Positions 55,952-64,000 of a DNA stretch of 64,000 nt are shown in pieces (positions within the stretch are counted from its first letter, which is position 1; each line of letters begins with the position of its first letter). A model generated the notes under the pieces. That model was not told where the DNA came from, ran no database searches, and saw only the letters and a program-made list of their open reading frames with translations. The position numbers and the translations under genes were made by a program. The stretch spans positions 66,224 to 130,223 of the forward strand of contig JBDTVZ010000003.1 in assembly GCA_040006935.1 (NCBI GenBank), read 5' to 3'. This stretch comes from Candidatus Dojkabacteria bacterium (GTDB lineage Bacteria; Patescibacteriota; Dojkabacteria; J137).

Positions 55952-56785
55952 ATGGATCAGAAAAAACCTTCGCGATTACCTCTAATATTAGCAGTCCTCG
56001 CACTTATAGGATTATGCATTGTGAGTATTATTGCCATAATTTTAGGCCTTGTTCTAATTAACAGGAATCGAGAAGATGTTAAAAATAATAGTAATGATAC
56101 TGGAACTGTAAGTTCACCAGTTGTAAATCCGCCGACTCCTGAACCAATCCCAGTTGCAACAAAATGCAGAATTGATAACTCCCCTACAATAGATTCGACT
56201 GATGCATATGAAATAAATGTAAAAAGACCGTTTGTTTCGGGTTGCGAATCTCAAGCGCAAAATGATCTCAATCAATATATTATTGACTCGATAAACCAAG
56301 ATGAAAAGACAGTTAAATTTACCGATCCTTCTGGAAGTGCTAAAAATTCATTGGATTTGGACTATGAAGTTGTATCAAATAGCACAAAGTTTATAAGCAT
56401 TCTTATCAAAGGATATATTTATTTAGGAGGAGCTCATGGTGATTCAGTTTTCATTCCAATAAATTATGATCTTGTTCATAATAAAATTATTAAATTCGAA
56501 GATCTAGAAACAGACCCCCTTTTTGTTTCTAAAATATCATCTTATTCTATAAATGCTTTAAAAATAAAACTTAACGAACCCGAGCTTGATTCTTCCATAG
56601 AGTCTGGAGCAAGTGCGGACTCTGCTAATTTTCAAATCTTTAATCTGTATAAAAACGGTATCAAAATAACTTTTGGAGATTATCAAGTTGGACCATATGC
56701 ATTAGGACCACAAGAAGTATTAGTGCCTTGGAGTGAAGTTTCTAACTATGCATCACTAGAAATTCAAGATCTATTAGGAGTTTAG
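55952..56785 (+). CDS. RsiV/DUF3298-like membrane-anchored protein
   Basis: TM; YLGGAHG, NYDL, YQVGPYALG. Confidence 0.82.
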   Translation: MDQKKPSRLPLILAVLALIGLCIVSIIAIILGLVLINRNREDVKNNSNDTGTVSSPVVNPPTPEPIPVATKCRIDNSPTIDSTDAYEINVKRPFVSGCESQAQNDLNQYIIDSINQDEKTVKFTDPSGSAKNSLDLDYEVVSNSTKFISILIKGYIYLGGAHGDSVFIPINYDLVHNKIIKFEDLETDPLFVSKISSYSINALKIKLNEPELDSSIESGASADSANFQIFNLYKNGIKITFGDYQVGPYALGPQEVLVPWSEVSNYASLEIQDLLGV

Positions 56786-57396
56786 GATAATTCCTGAAAT
56801 CTAAAACAATCCTCTGTATGATCCATAACAAGCCCTGTTGCTTGCATATGTGCATACATGATTGTTGATCCTACAAATTTAAAACCTCTTTTAATTAAGT
56901 CTTTAGAAAGTGCATCCGATTCTTTTGAATTTGCGGGAATTTCTTTTGGAGTTTTCCAATGATTAATAATTGGTTTATTATTTACAAAAGACCAAATGTA
57001 TTTAGAAAAACTTCCGTATTCATTTTGAATTTCTAAAAACAATTTTGCATTATTTATTTCAGACCTTATCTTTAATTTATTTCTAATTATTTCTGGATTT
57101 AATAAAAGTTCTTGAAATTTACTCACATCATATTTTGCAACTTTACTAACATCAAAATTTGCGAACGCTTTTCTATAACCTTCTCTTCTTTTTAAAATCG
57201 TACTCCAACTTAATCCTGCTTGAGCCCCCTCTAAAATTAAAAACTCAAAGTGAATTTTATCATCATGAATAGGAACTCCCCATTCCGTATCGTGATATTT
57301 AATCATTTCATCGAAAGAATTTTGTACCCAAAAGCAGCGTGAACGATTCCCCTCTTCAGAGGGGATTAAGGGGTGTGTTTCATTCAACTTTTTCAT
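56782..57396 (-). CDS. tag: DNA-3-methyladenine glycosylase I
   Basis: RCFW, YHDTEWG, EGAQAGLSW, IIRNKLKI, FKFVG, DH..DC. Confidence 0.95.
   Translation of the reverse strand: MKKLNETHPLIPSEEGNRSRCFWVQNSFDEMIKYHDTEWGVPIHDDKIHFEFLILEGAQAGLSWSTILKRREGYRKAFANFDVSKVAKYDVSKFQELLLNPEIIRNKLKIRSEINNAKLFLEIQNEYGSFSKYIWSFVNNKPIINHWKTPKEIPANSKESDALSKDLIKRGFKFVGSTIMYAHMQATGLVMDHTEDCFRFQELS
57347..57379 (-). repeat. REP-like hairpin directly after DUF559 stop codon
   Basis: AACACACCCCTTAATCCCCTCTGAAGAGGGGAA. Confidence 0.85.
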
Positions 57397-57754
57397 ATTC
57401 TTCTATCCAAACAATTATCGTTTGCAAAATATTATTAATATTACTTTTTACACTGTGATCGCTAAATCTAATAAGATTGATTCCTATAGCCAAAAGTTCT
57501 TTCTCTCTTTTAAGATCATAATCAAATTTATCTTCGTTATGACTATTCCCATCAATCTCAATAGCCAATTTTAATTCAGAACAATAGAAATCTACAATAT
57601 AGTTTCCAATAGGCCTTTGTCTATGAAAATCAAAACCTAATAGTTTTTTATTTCTAATTTCTTTCCATAATAAAACCTCAGAAAGTGTACTTTTATTTCT
57701 GAGGTTTCTTGCTAACTGTTTAAGTTTAGGGTTGTAAGGAATTATTTCTCTCAT
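57380..57754 (-). CDS. DUF559 (Vsr-like) endonuclease
   Basis: ARNLR..STLSEVLLW, FHRQRPIGNYIVDFYC..KLAIEIDGNSH, IRF. Confidence 0.9.
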   Translation of the reverse strand: MREIIPYNPKLKQLARNLRNKSTLSEVLLWKEIRNKKLLGFDFHRQRPIGNYIVDFYCSELKLAIEIDGNSHNEDKFDYDLKREKELLAIGINLIRFSDHSVKSNINNILQTIIVWIEEYEKVE

Positions 57755-57755
57755 G

Positions 57756-57788
57756 AACACATTCCTAAATCCCTTCTCAAGAAGGGAC
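57756..57788 (+). repeat. REP-like hairpin directly before DUF559 start codon
   Basis: AACACATTCCTAAATCCCTTCTCAAGAAGGGAC; 26/33 identical to inverted left copy. Confidence 0.85.
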
Positions 57789-57838
57789 TTTCTTTAGTCT
57801 CAATACTCATGGTTTAAGTTCTCTTAATTCCTAATTAA

Positions 57839-58993
57839 TTAAACTTCTCTTCTTAAAGGCATTAGAAGATGCATAAACTTCTCATCACCCAAGTCTCTAA
57901 AAACGGAAGCAGATAGAGCACCCTTAGTCTCAAATTTGAGCTTATCTCCAGAGATGTGCGCAACAATATCTTGTAAATATCTCAAATTATATGCTGCATT
58001 TAAATCACTTTCCCCTTCTATGTTTTCCACTTGAATAATAGTTTCGTTTTCCCCAACATCTGCAACACTAGATTTTAATTTAACTTGTTTATTTTCCAAA
58101 TCTAAATCAAATAAAGTTTTATAAGCTAAATTGCTTCTCGCAAAAGTACTAATTACTTTTATTGCAGATTCAAACTCTTTTTTTTCCACATCAAATGTAT
58201 AGCTTGAAGAGTCTGGAAGAATTCTTTTATAGTCTGGATAAGGTCCTTCTAAAAGCCTCACGCTAAATTCAATTTCTTCAATTTTAAAAATTATTTGTGA
58301 TTTGTTCTCACTCAGGTAAACATCTACAGCCTCTACCTCGCTCATATCACTAACTATTTTCATCATTTCTTGAAGATATTTTGCGGGAACAATAATTTGT
58401 TGTGTTGTTAATTCTTTATTTAATTCCTTAACTTTAATTTCTCTTTTTGAAAGTCTAAAACCATCTAAACCTATTAAATTTATTGATTTAGAATCTTCAT
58501 CCGCTGAAACTTCAAATAAAACTCCTGTTTGTTGTATTTTTCCTGGACTCATATCTGTTGAGCAACTGAAAATAACTTTGTCTAAACTCTTTAAAAGTTC
58601 TTCCGAATCAATAGAAAAAAATTTAGTTTCAGTTACCTTTGGTAAAACAGGATACTCTGCGGCTGGAATTGTATTAAAGTTTGCTTTAGATTTACTCGTT
58701 TTAACATTCAAAACAGTATCCTTTAGCTCAAGCTCAACATTATCTGAAGTAGATGCTGATACAAAATCAGCAAGGAATTTTGCTGATACAGTAATGCTTC
58801 CCTCTGTTTCAACTACTCCAGGTATCCACACATTTATCCCCATGTCTAAGTTAGTTGCAGATAGTTTAAGGTCGTTTTTAGTAACGTCCAATTTAACATT
58901 GGAGAGAATTGGGATATTTGGTTTGGAACTCACTGCCCTACTTGCATAATTCAAAAGTTTGGAGAGTTTTTCATGATTTAAGGTTATCTTCAT
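57839..58993 (-). CDS. dnaN: DNA polymerase III beta clamp
   Basis: PILSNV, SATNLD, EYP, DGFRL, GPYPDY, LLMPLR. Confidence 0.96.
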   Translation of the reverse strand: MKITLNHEKLSKLLNYASRAVSSKPNIPILSNVKLDVTKNDLKLSATNLDMGINVWIPGVVETEGSITVSAKFLADFVSASTSDNVELELKDTVLNVKTSKSKANFNTIPAAEYPVLPKVTETKFFSIDSEELLKSLDKVIFSCSTDMSPGKIQQTGVLFEVSADEDSKSINLIGLDGFRLSKREIKVKELNKELTTQQIIVPAKYLQEMMKIVSDMSEVEAVDVYLSENKSQIIFKIEEIEFSVRLLEGPYPDYKRILPDSSSYTFDVEKKEFESAIKVISTFARSNLAYKTLFDLDLENKQVKLKSSVADVGENETIIQVENIEGESDLNAAYNLRYLQDIVAHISGDKLKFETKGALSASVFRDLGDEKFMHLLMPLRREV

Positions 58994-59267
58994 ACTTAAT
59001 ATTTAATAAGTAGTAATTAATAGCATTAGGGACTGTAGATATGTGTAAAACTTTGTAAATTCCATTTATTATAACAGCTTCCGGAGGGTTTTTGAACTGT
59101 GGATAATCCATGTGTATAGTTTCGGCTAGAAATAGGTCAAAATCAGTTAAGAGGTAAGAATTAAGAGTTAAAATTTTGTGTATTATCTCAAGGGGATAAA
59201 AGGATAAGTTAATAAAATTTCAGTAAGCAAACCCTTTTCATGTGTGGAGAAGTTTTAAAAAACTGAT
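58994..59267. promoter_or_regulatory. Probable oriC: DnaA boxes and DnaA-trio-like unwinding element
   Basis: Perfect TGTGGATAA 59098-59106 plus near-boxes; minus strand TTTTACACA-TATCTACA-GTCCC-TAATGCTATTAATTACTACTTATTA. Confidence 0.75.
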
Positions 59268-59558
59268 CTATATATCTGTGTTTCTTTTTATAGAAAAGTG
59301 TTTAGGTACAGGGTCATAGCCGCCTTCTGCCATAGGATTGCATCTTAGTATTCTAAAAAATCCCATAATACTTCCTCTTATTAATCCAAAGCGATCAACT
59401 GCCTCGTAAGTATATTGCGAACAGGAAGGTTCGTGAATACAAACTCTGTAATCAATATACTTAGCCCAGAAAGAATGATCAAAAGAAAATAGTTTTTGAT
59501 AAATCCTAATTAAAAATTTACCTATGTTTTTTGGAATGTTAAAAATAAATCTAATCAT
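59268..59558 (-). CDS. yidD: Membrane protein insertion efficiency factor
   Basis: [30 protein letters not shown]. Confidence 0.93.
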   Translation of the reverse strand: MIRFIFNIPKNIGKFLIRIYQKLFSFDHSFWAKYIDYRVCIHEPSCSQYTYEAVDRFGLIRGSIMGFFRILRCNPMAEGGYDPVPKHFSIKRNTDI

Positions 59559-60240
59559 TGTTTTCTGTTATAACAAATATTTTATCAACTGGAATGTCAC
59601 CTGCTCTGACTATAGGTTTAAAGGTAAATATTTTAAAAATTTTAAGACCTACTTTTTCTATTCTTTCTTTTAACTCCTCTTCAGTGAAATAGTTTGTATA
59701 AGTCTCTAATTTCTCTGAAACTTTCAAACGAGGATCTTGTGAAGTTAAATAAGGTTCTTCTTCAAATCCCTTAAACGTGCCTTTGTGACCAGACATTAAA
59801 AATAAACCATTTTTTACTAATATTCTTTTAATTTCTTTAAAAAGTTCATCGACTTCTTCATCCGGTATATGGATTATGGAAAAGCCTGCAATTATAGAAC
59901 CAACAGAATTAGCATCTAAAGTCTTCAAATACGTAAGCATCTCTTCCTTTACAATTTTTAAACTATTGTCTTTAAACCTTTCTTTCAATATTTCGCAAAA
60001 CTCAGGAACAAACTCAACTGCTGTAATATTTTTTAAATTATTATCATACAAATATTTAATATAATTACCAGGACCACTTCCTAAATCTAAAATTTCTCGA
60101 TTTTCCAAGTGCCTTCTTTTTAGTAATTCAATAAATAGATCAACCGCTTCGAAATTATCAAAGTCATTACCAAAATCTTCGAAGTAAAGGCCTGCAATTT
60201 TTGAGTAATCATCTTTTGTCTTCGCTCTTTTCTTATCCAT
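59551..60240 (-). CDS. Class I SAM-dependent methyltransferase
   Basis: [23 protein letters not shown]. Confidence 0.88.
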   Translation of the reverse strand: MDKKRAKTKDDYSKIAGLYFEDFGNDFDNFEAVDLFIELLKRRHLENREILDLGSGPGNYIKYLYDNNLKNITAVEFVPEFCEILKERFKDNSLKIVKEEMLTYLKTLDANSVGSIIAGFSIIHIPDEEVDELFKEIKRILVKNGLFLMSGHKGTFKGFEEEPYLTSQDPRLKVSEKLETYTNYFTEEELKERIEKVGLKIFKIFTFKPIVRAGDIPVDKIFVITENND

Positions 60241-60290
60241 ATTTGAATTATAGCCTTTTTTATTATTTTACTGATAAATTTTTATTATAA

Positions 60291-60308
60291 GTTATCCACA
60301 TGGATAAC
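60291..60308. promoter_or_regulatory. DnaA box palindrome upstream of dnaA
   Basis: GTTATCCACATGGATAAC containing TTATCCACA. Confidence 0.75.
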
Positions 60309-60408
60309 TTTCTGATGTATAATTCTTAAGACTTCTGGAAAAACTTAGCTATCTTATATTATTAAAGATCAATAATTCTAAAATTGATCTTAATTTAAAT
60401 TTTTTTAA

Positions 60409-61806
60409 ATGAAAATAACGGATCCCAAACAACTTTGGAAAGTATCTTTAGCGCAAATAGAAATTAAATTAGACGCCCCAGCTCAATTCAAAATGTTTTT
60501 CCAGGATACAAAGTTATTAAAAGTTGATGGAAAGCTTGCTGTTATTGGAGTTCCAAATCCATATACATCTGAATGGTTAAAATCGAGATACGAAAATCTT
60601 ATTAGGGATACTTTAACCTACGTTTACGGGGACACCTTAAACCCCATGTTTGAAGTTTATCAAAAGGAAATAGTAAACGATATTCAAAATGAAAACTCGT
60701 CGCCACTACTCACAATGCAAAACGGTGTTATGGGAAGTGTTATCGACTTAGTTTCGAAAGCTGGTTTAAATCCAAAATATTCTATGTCTAATTATATAAT
60801 TGGAAATTCAAATCGAATTGGCCATGCTGCTGCGCTTGCAGTTATTGATAAACCAGGAATGTCCTACAACCCTTTGTTTGTTTACGGAAAAACTGGCGTT
60901 GGGAAAACACATTTATCTCAAGCAATTGGGCGATCTATTTTGGAAAGAAATTTAAAATCGAAAATTCTTTACGTTTCCTCAGAAGGTTTTTTAAACGACA
61001 TGGTTAAAGGAATTAAAACAGGAAGCCAGGAAAAAATTCGACAAAAATATCGACAAATAGATATTTTAATAATCGATGACATGCAGTTAATTTCTAGGTG
61101 GGTAAGTACTCAAACAGAATTTTTTAATACCTTCAACGAACTTTATAATGCAGGGAAACAAGTAATTTTAATTGCAGATAGAAGACCAGAAGATATTCAA
61201 AATTTAGAATCAAGACTTCGTTCTCGAATGCAAGGTGGAATGGTTGTTGAGATAGCCCAGCCAGATTACGAAACAAGGCTTGCGATTTTACAAAGAAAAG
61301 CAGATTCTTCCGGCTTCACATTAAAACAACAAATTCTAGAATTTATTGCAAAAGCTGTTAATGATAATGTTCGAGAACTCGAAGGTGCTCTACAAAAAGT
61401 TGCCCTATTTAATCAAATGAAACCAGGAGGAGATTTAACTTTAGAAGAAGTTGCACACACTATTGGACGTGATGCAAAAACAAGAAGAGAACAAATCAAA
61501 GTCCCTAAAGTTTTAAAAGAAGTTTGTAGATCTTTTGGAGTTACAGCGAAAGATTTAAAAGGACCAAGTAGGACAAAAGAATTAGCTTTGGCAAGACAAG
61601 TAGCAATGTTTATACTAAGAGAAGAATTCAATTACAAATTAGAAGAGATTGCAAAATTTTTAAATAGGCAGGATCATACTACTGTGATTCATGCGATAGA
61701 TAAAATTAAAAGTAAGATGATGATTCAAGAAGGATTTAATACTCAAGTTTCTCATATAATTACTGCGATACAAGAGGCTGCTGCAGTAAGTGATGATTTT
61801 GAATAA
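60409..61806 (+). CDS. dnaA: Replication initiator DnaA
   Basis: YNPLFVYGKTGVGKTHL, IDDMQ, RLRSR, NVRELEGAL, ARQVAM, DHTTVIHA. Confidence 0.98.
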   Translation: MKITDPKQLWKVSLAQIEIKLDAPAQFKMFFQDTKLLKVDGKLAVIGVPNPYTSEWLKSRYENLIRDTLTYVYGDTLNPMFEVYQKEIVNDIQNENSSPLLTMQNGVMGSVIDLVSKAGLNPKYSMSNYIIGNSNRIGHAAALAVIDKPGMSYNPLFVYGKTGVGKTHLSQAIGRSILERNLKSKILYVSSEGFLNDMVKGIKTGSQEKIRQKYRQIDILIIDDMQLISRWVSTQTEFFNTFNELYNAGKQVILIADRRPEDIQNLESRLRSRMQGGMVVEIAQPDYETRLAILQRKADSSGFTLKQQILEFIAKAVNDNVRELEGALQKVALFNQMKPGGDLTLEEVAHTIGRDAKTRREQIKVPKVLKEVCRSFGVTAKDLKGPSRTKELALARQVAMFILREEFNYKLEEIAKFLNRQDHTTVIHAIDKIKSKMMIQEGFNTQVSHIITAIQEAAAVSDDFE

Positions 61807-61814
61807 ACTAATTT

Positions 61815-62411
61815 ATGTCTAAAATTTACATTTCTCGTCACGGTGATTATTCCAATCCGAACAACATTAATCCTTTTCGTAGTGATGAGGTATCTCTTTC
61901 ACCAAAAGGAATTGAACAAATTGAGCAAAATGCAGAGTTTTTAAAAGACAAGAATATTGCAGCAATATTTTCCAGCCCAGTAAATCGTTGCAAACAAAGC
62001 GCAGAAATTTATTCAAAAATTTTAAAACTTCCAATAAAATTCACAACTGATTTAATTGAAGTGGGCAGTCCATATCAAGGTACAAATAATGATACTTATC
62101 ACGATGAACTTGCAGGAAGTTCTCTTTATGCAAATGAACAACACTTAGCAAACAAAGGAGAACCTGCTGACGAAATAATTGAAAGAATGAAAAACATAAT
62201 AAGAAAAGCTCTAGAAGAATATAAAAATAAAAATATACTTATTGTAAGCCATGGTGATCCAATTGAACTTCTTTTTGCATATGAGACAGGACTAAGTTTA
62301 AATTACGAAAAAAGATTAGAGGAGCAACTCAAATATATTCCAAAAGGTGGATTAATCGAAATGAATTATGAAGGGAATAAATTTATGAATTATAAGAATT
62401 TAAATTTCTAG
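61815..62411 (+). CDS. Histidine phosphatase family protein
   Basis: RHG, SSPVNRCKQSA, VSHGD. Confidence 0.9.
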   Translation: MSKIYISRHGDYSNPNNINPFRSDEVSLSPKGIEQIEQNAEFLKDKNIAAIFSSPVNRCKQSAEIYSKILKLPIKFTTDLIEVGSPYQGTNNDTYHDELAGSSLYANEQHLANKGEPADEIIERMKNIIRKALEEYKNKNILIVSHGDPIELLFAYETGLSLNYEKRLEEQLKYIPKGGLIEMNYEGNKFMNYKNLNF

Positions 62412-62540
62412 AACCGTAGATCTCAATACCTTACCACCTGTTTTACTCAAGTGTTATTTCAGCCTAGAAATGTTACTCAACCTCTTGACAACAATATCCT
62501 AAATTGTAATAATTCCAATATAGTTAATTACTAAATCAGG

Positions 62541-64000
62541 ATGTTATCAAAATTATTCACGGCAACTCTCACTGGACTAGATTGCACAATTGTAGAAGTC
62601 GAAGTAGATTACAAAAAAGGAGAGGCATACTTCTCTATTGTTGGCCTTGCAGATAAATCAATTCAAGAGGCAAAAGATCGAATTCCACCAGCAATTCGAA
62701 ACTCTGCTGCTTCATTTATTCCAATGAGAATTGTGATGAGTTTAGCACCAGCACAACTTTCTAAATCTGGACCAAGTTACGACCTACCACTAGCACTGGG
62801 GTATTTAATAGCCTCTGATCAAATTTCTATCGATCCAAAAGATAAATTATTTATTGGAGAACTTGCACTGGATGGAAGACTTCGCCCAGTTCGCGGGATT
62901 TTACCAATAACAGATGCCGCAAAAAAACTTGGATTTAAAGAAATTTATTTACCATCAGACAATGCCAGTGAGGCAAGCGTTGTAAAAGGAATTAACGTTT
63001 ATTCTGTAAATCATCTTCGACAATTAATTGATCATTTTAATGGACTGGAAATCCTAAAACCAGAAAAAGAAACTGAATTTATAATTGAAGATAATCAAGA
63101 ATACAAATTTGATTTATCTCAAGTTAAAGGACAAGAACATGCAAAAAGAGCTCTGGAAATTGCAGCTGCTGGTGGACACAACATTCTCCTGTCGGGAGTT
63201 CCAGGTTCGGGGAAAACAATGTTAAGTAGATGTTTACCTACAATTCTTCCGCGAATGGAAATAGAAGAAAGTTTAGAAGTAACTAGAATTCATAGTGTTG
63301 CAGGACTTACTTCAAAAAATAATCCAATTATAAAAATTCGACCATTTCGTTCACCGCACCATACAAGTTCACAAGTTGCATTAGTTGGTGGTGGAGCATT
63401 TCCAAAACCAGGCGAAATCTCACTAGCACATCGAGGGGTATTGTTTCTAGATGAGTTTCCAGAATTTTCAACTCAAGCACTAGAAGCATTACGACAACCA
63501 TTAGAAGATAAAGTTGTGACAATCTCCAGAGCACAAGGCACTCTAACTTTCCCTGCAAATTTCATACTCGCAGCGGCAATGAATCCTTGTAGATGTGGCT
63601 ATAGAGGAGACCCGGTTAAGCAATGTACATGTACTCCGCTGGAAATTATTCGATACCAAAAAAAAGTTTCTGGTCCAATTCTAGATCGAATTGATTTATT
63701 AATTCGAGTACCAAAGGTTGAAAATAATAAACTATTTAGTGAATTAAAAAGTGAAAGCTCACAAGTAGTTCGTGAAAGAGTTCAAAAGGCAAGGACTATG
63801 CAAGTAGAAAGATTTAAATCGACAGGATTATTTTGTAATTCTGATATGAATCAGAAAGATTTAGATAAATTTGTGGAACTGGATCCATCTTCAAGAAATA
63901 TTTTAAATCTTGCAGTAAATAAAATGAATTTAAGTGCACGCGCCTATTATCGACTTTTAAAAGTCTCTAGAACAATTGCGGATTTAAGAGGAAGGGAAAA
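62541..64000 (+). CDS. comM: YifB/ComM Mg-chelatase-like AAA ATPase, 3'-partial (absent from ORF track)
   Basis: VEVEVD, IVGLAD, YDLP, GELALDG, AAAGGHN, GVPGSGKT, PFRSPHHT, PGEISLAHRGVLFLDE, AMNPC. Confidence 0.93.
   Translation, partial: MLSKLFTATLTGLDCTIVEVEVDYKKGEAYFSIVGLADKSIQEAKDRIPPAIRNSAASFIPMRIVMSLAPAQLSKSGPSYDLPLALGYLIASDQISIDPKDKLFIGELALDGRLRPVRGILPITDAAKKLGFKEIYLPSDNASEASVVKGINVYSVNHLRQLIDHFNGLEILKPEKETEFIIEDNQEYKFDLSQVKGQEHAKRALEIAAAGGHNILLSGVPGSGKTMLSRCLPTILPRMEIEESLEVTRIHSVAGLTSKNNPIIKIRPFRSPHHTSSQVALVGGGAFPKPGEISLAHRGVLFLDEFPEFSTQALEALRQPLEDKVVTISRAQGTLTFPANFILAAAMNPCRCGYRGDPVKQCTCTPLEIIRYQKKVSGPILDRIDLLIRVPKVENNKLFSELKSESSQVVRERVQKARTMQVERFKSTGLFCNSDMNQKDLDKFVELDPSSRNILNLAVNKMNLSARAYYRLLKVSRTIADLRGRE

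Noticed and set aside
56598-56620. SGAS in the RsiV-like protein as an ApbE flavinylation site
   Set aside because: A four-residue match outside an FMN-binding domain is likely chance.

Overview
AT-rich bacterial chromosome segment. Gene content and repeat style suggest Patescibacteria/CPR, possibly Dojkabacteria-like (inference). It spans the probable replication origin, with dnaN and dnaA divergent and yidD plus a methyltransferase between them. Housekeeping genes include rpoD, ftsZ/A/Q, rpsO, trmD, pcrA, argS, murE, adk, dnaJ, ftsK, tsaD, sod, holA, tag and comM. There are three tRNAs (Pro-TGG, Arg-GCG, Ser-CGA), a Phd/PIN toxin-antitoxin pair, a flavodoxin + 2-oxoacid oxidoreductase operon, a sortase and PilN/PilO-like genes. 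The most unusual feature is a dense, layered set of tiny repeats. (1) A DUF559 endonuclease is bracketed exactly by inverted REP-like hairpins, and relatives of these are dispersed, one in frame inside TsaD. (2) Duplicated tRNA fragments flank tRNA-Pro and tRNA-Ser, each interrupted by 19-40 bp GC hairpin micro-insertions, twice at the equivalent T-arm position. (3) Palindromes are nested inside other palindromes. (4) Degenerate 7-mer and 8-mer arrays occur between genes, and 7-mer arrays are translated in frame in PcrA, the oxidoreductase alpha subunit, TsaD, a FemAB protein and a methyltransferase. Several proteins look like pseudoenzymes. No CRISPR array, rRNA, integrase or transposase was seen. 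All calls are by eye, without database searches.
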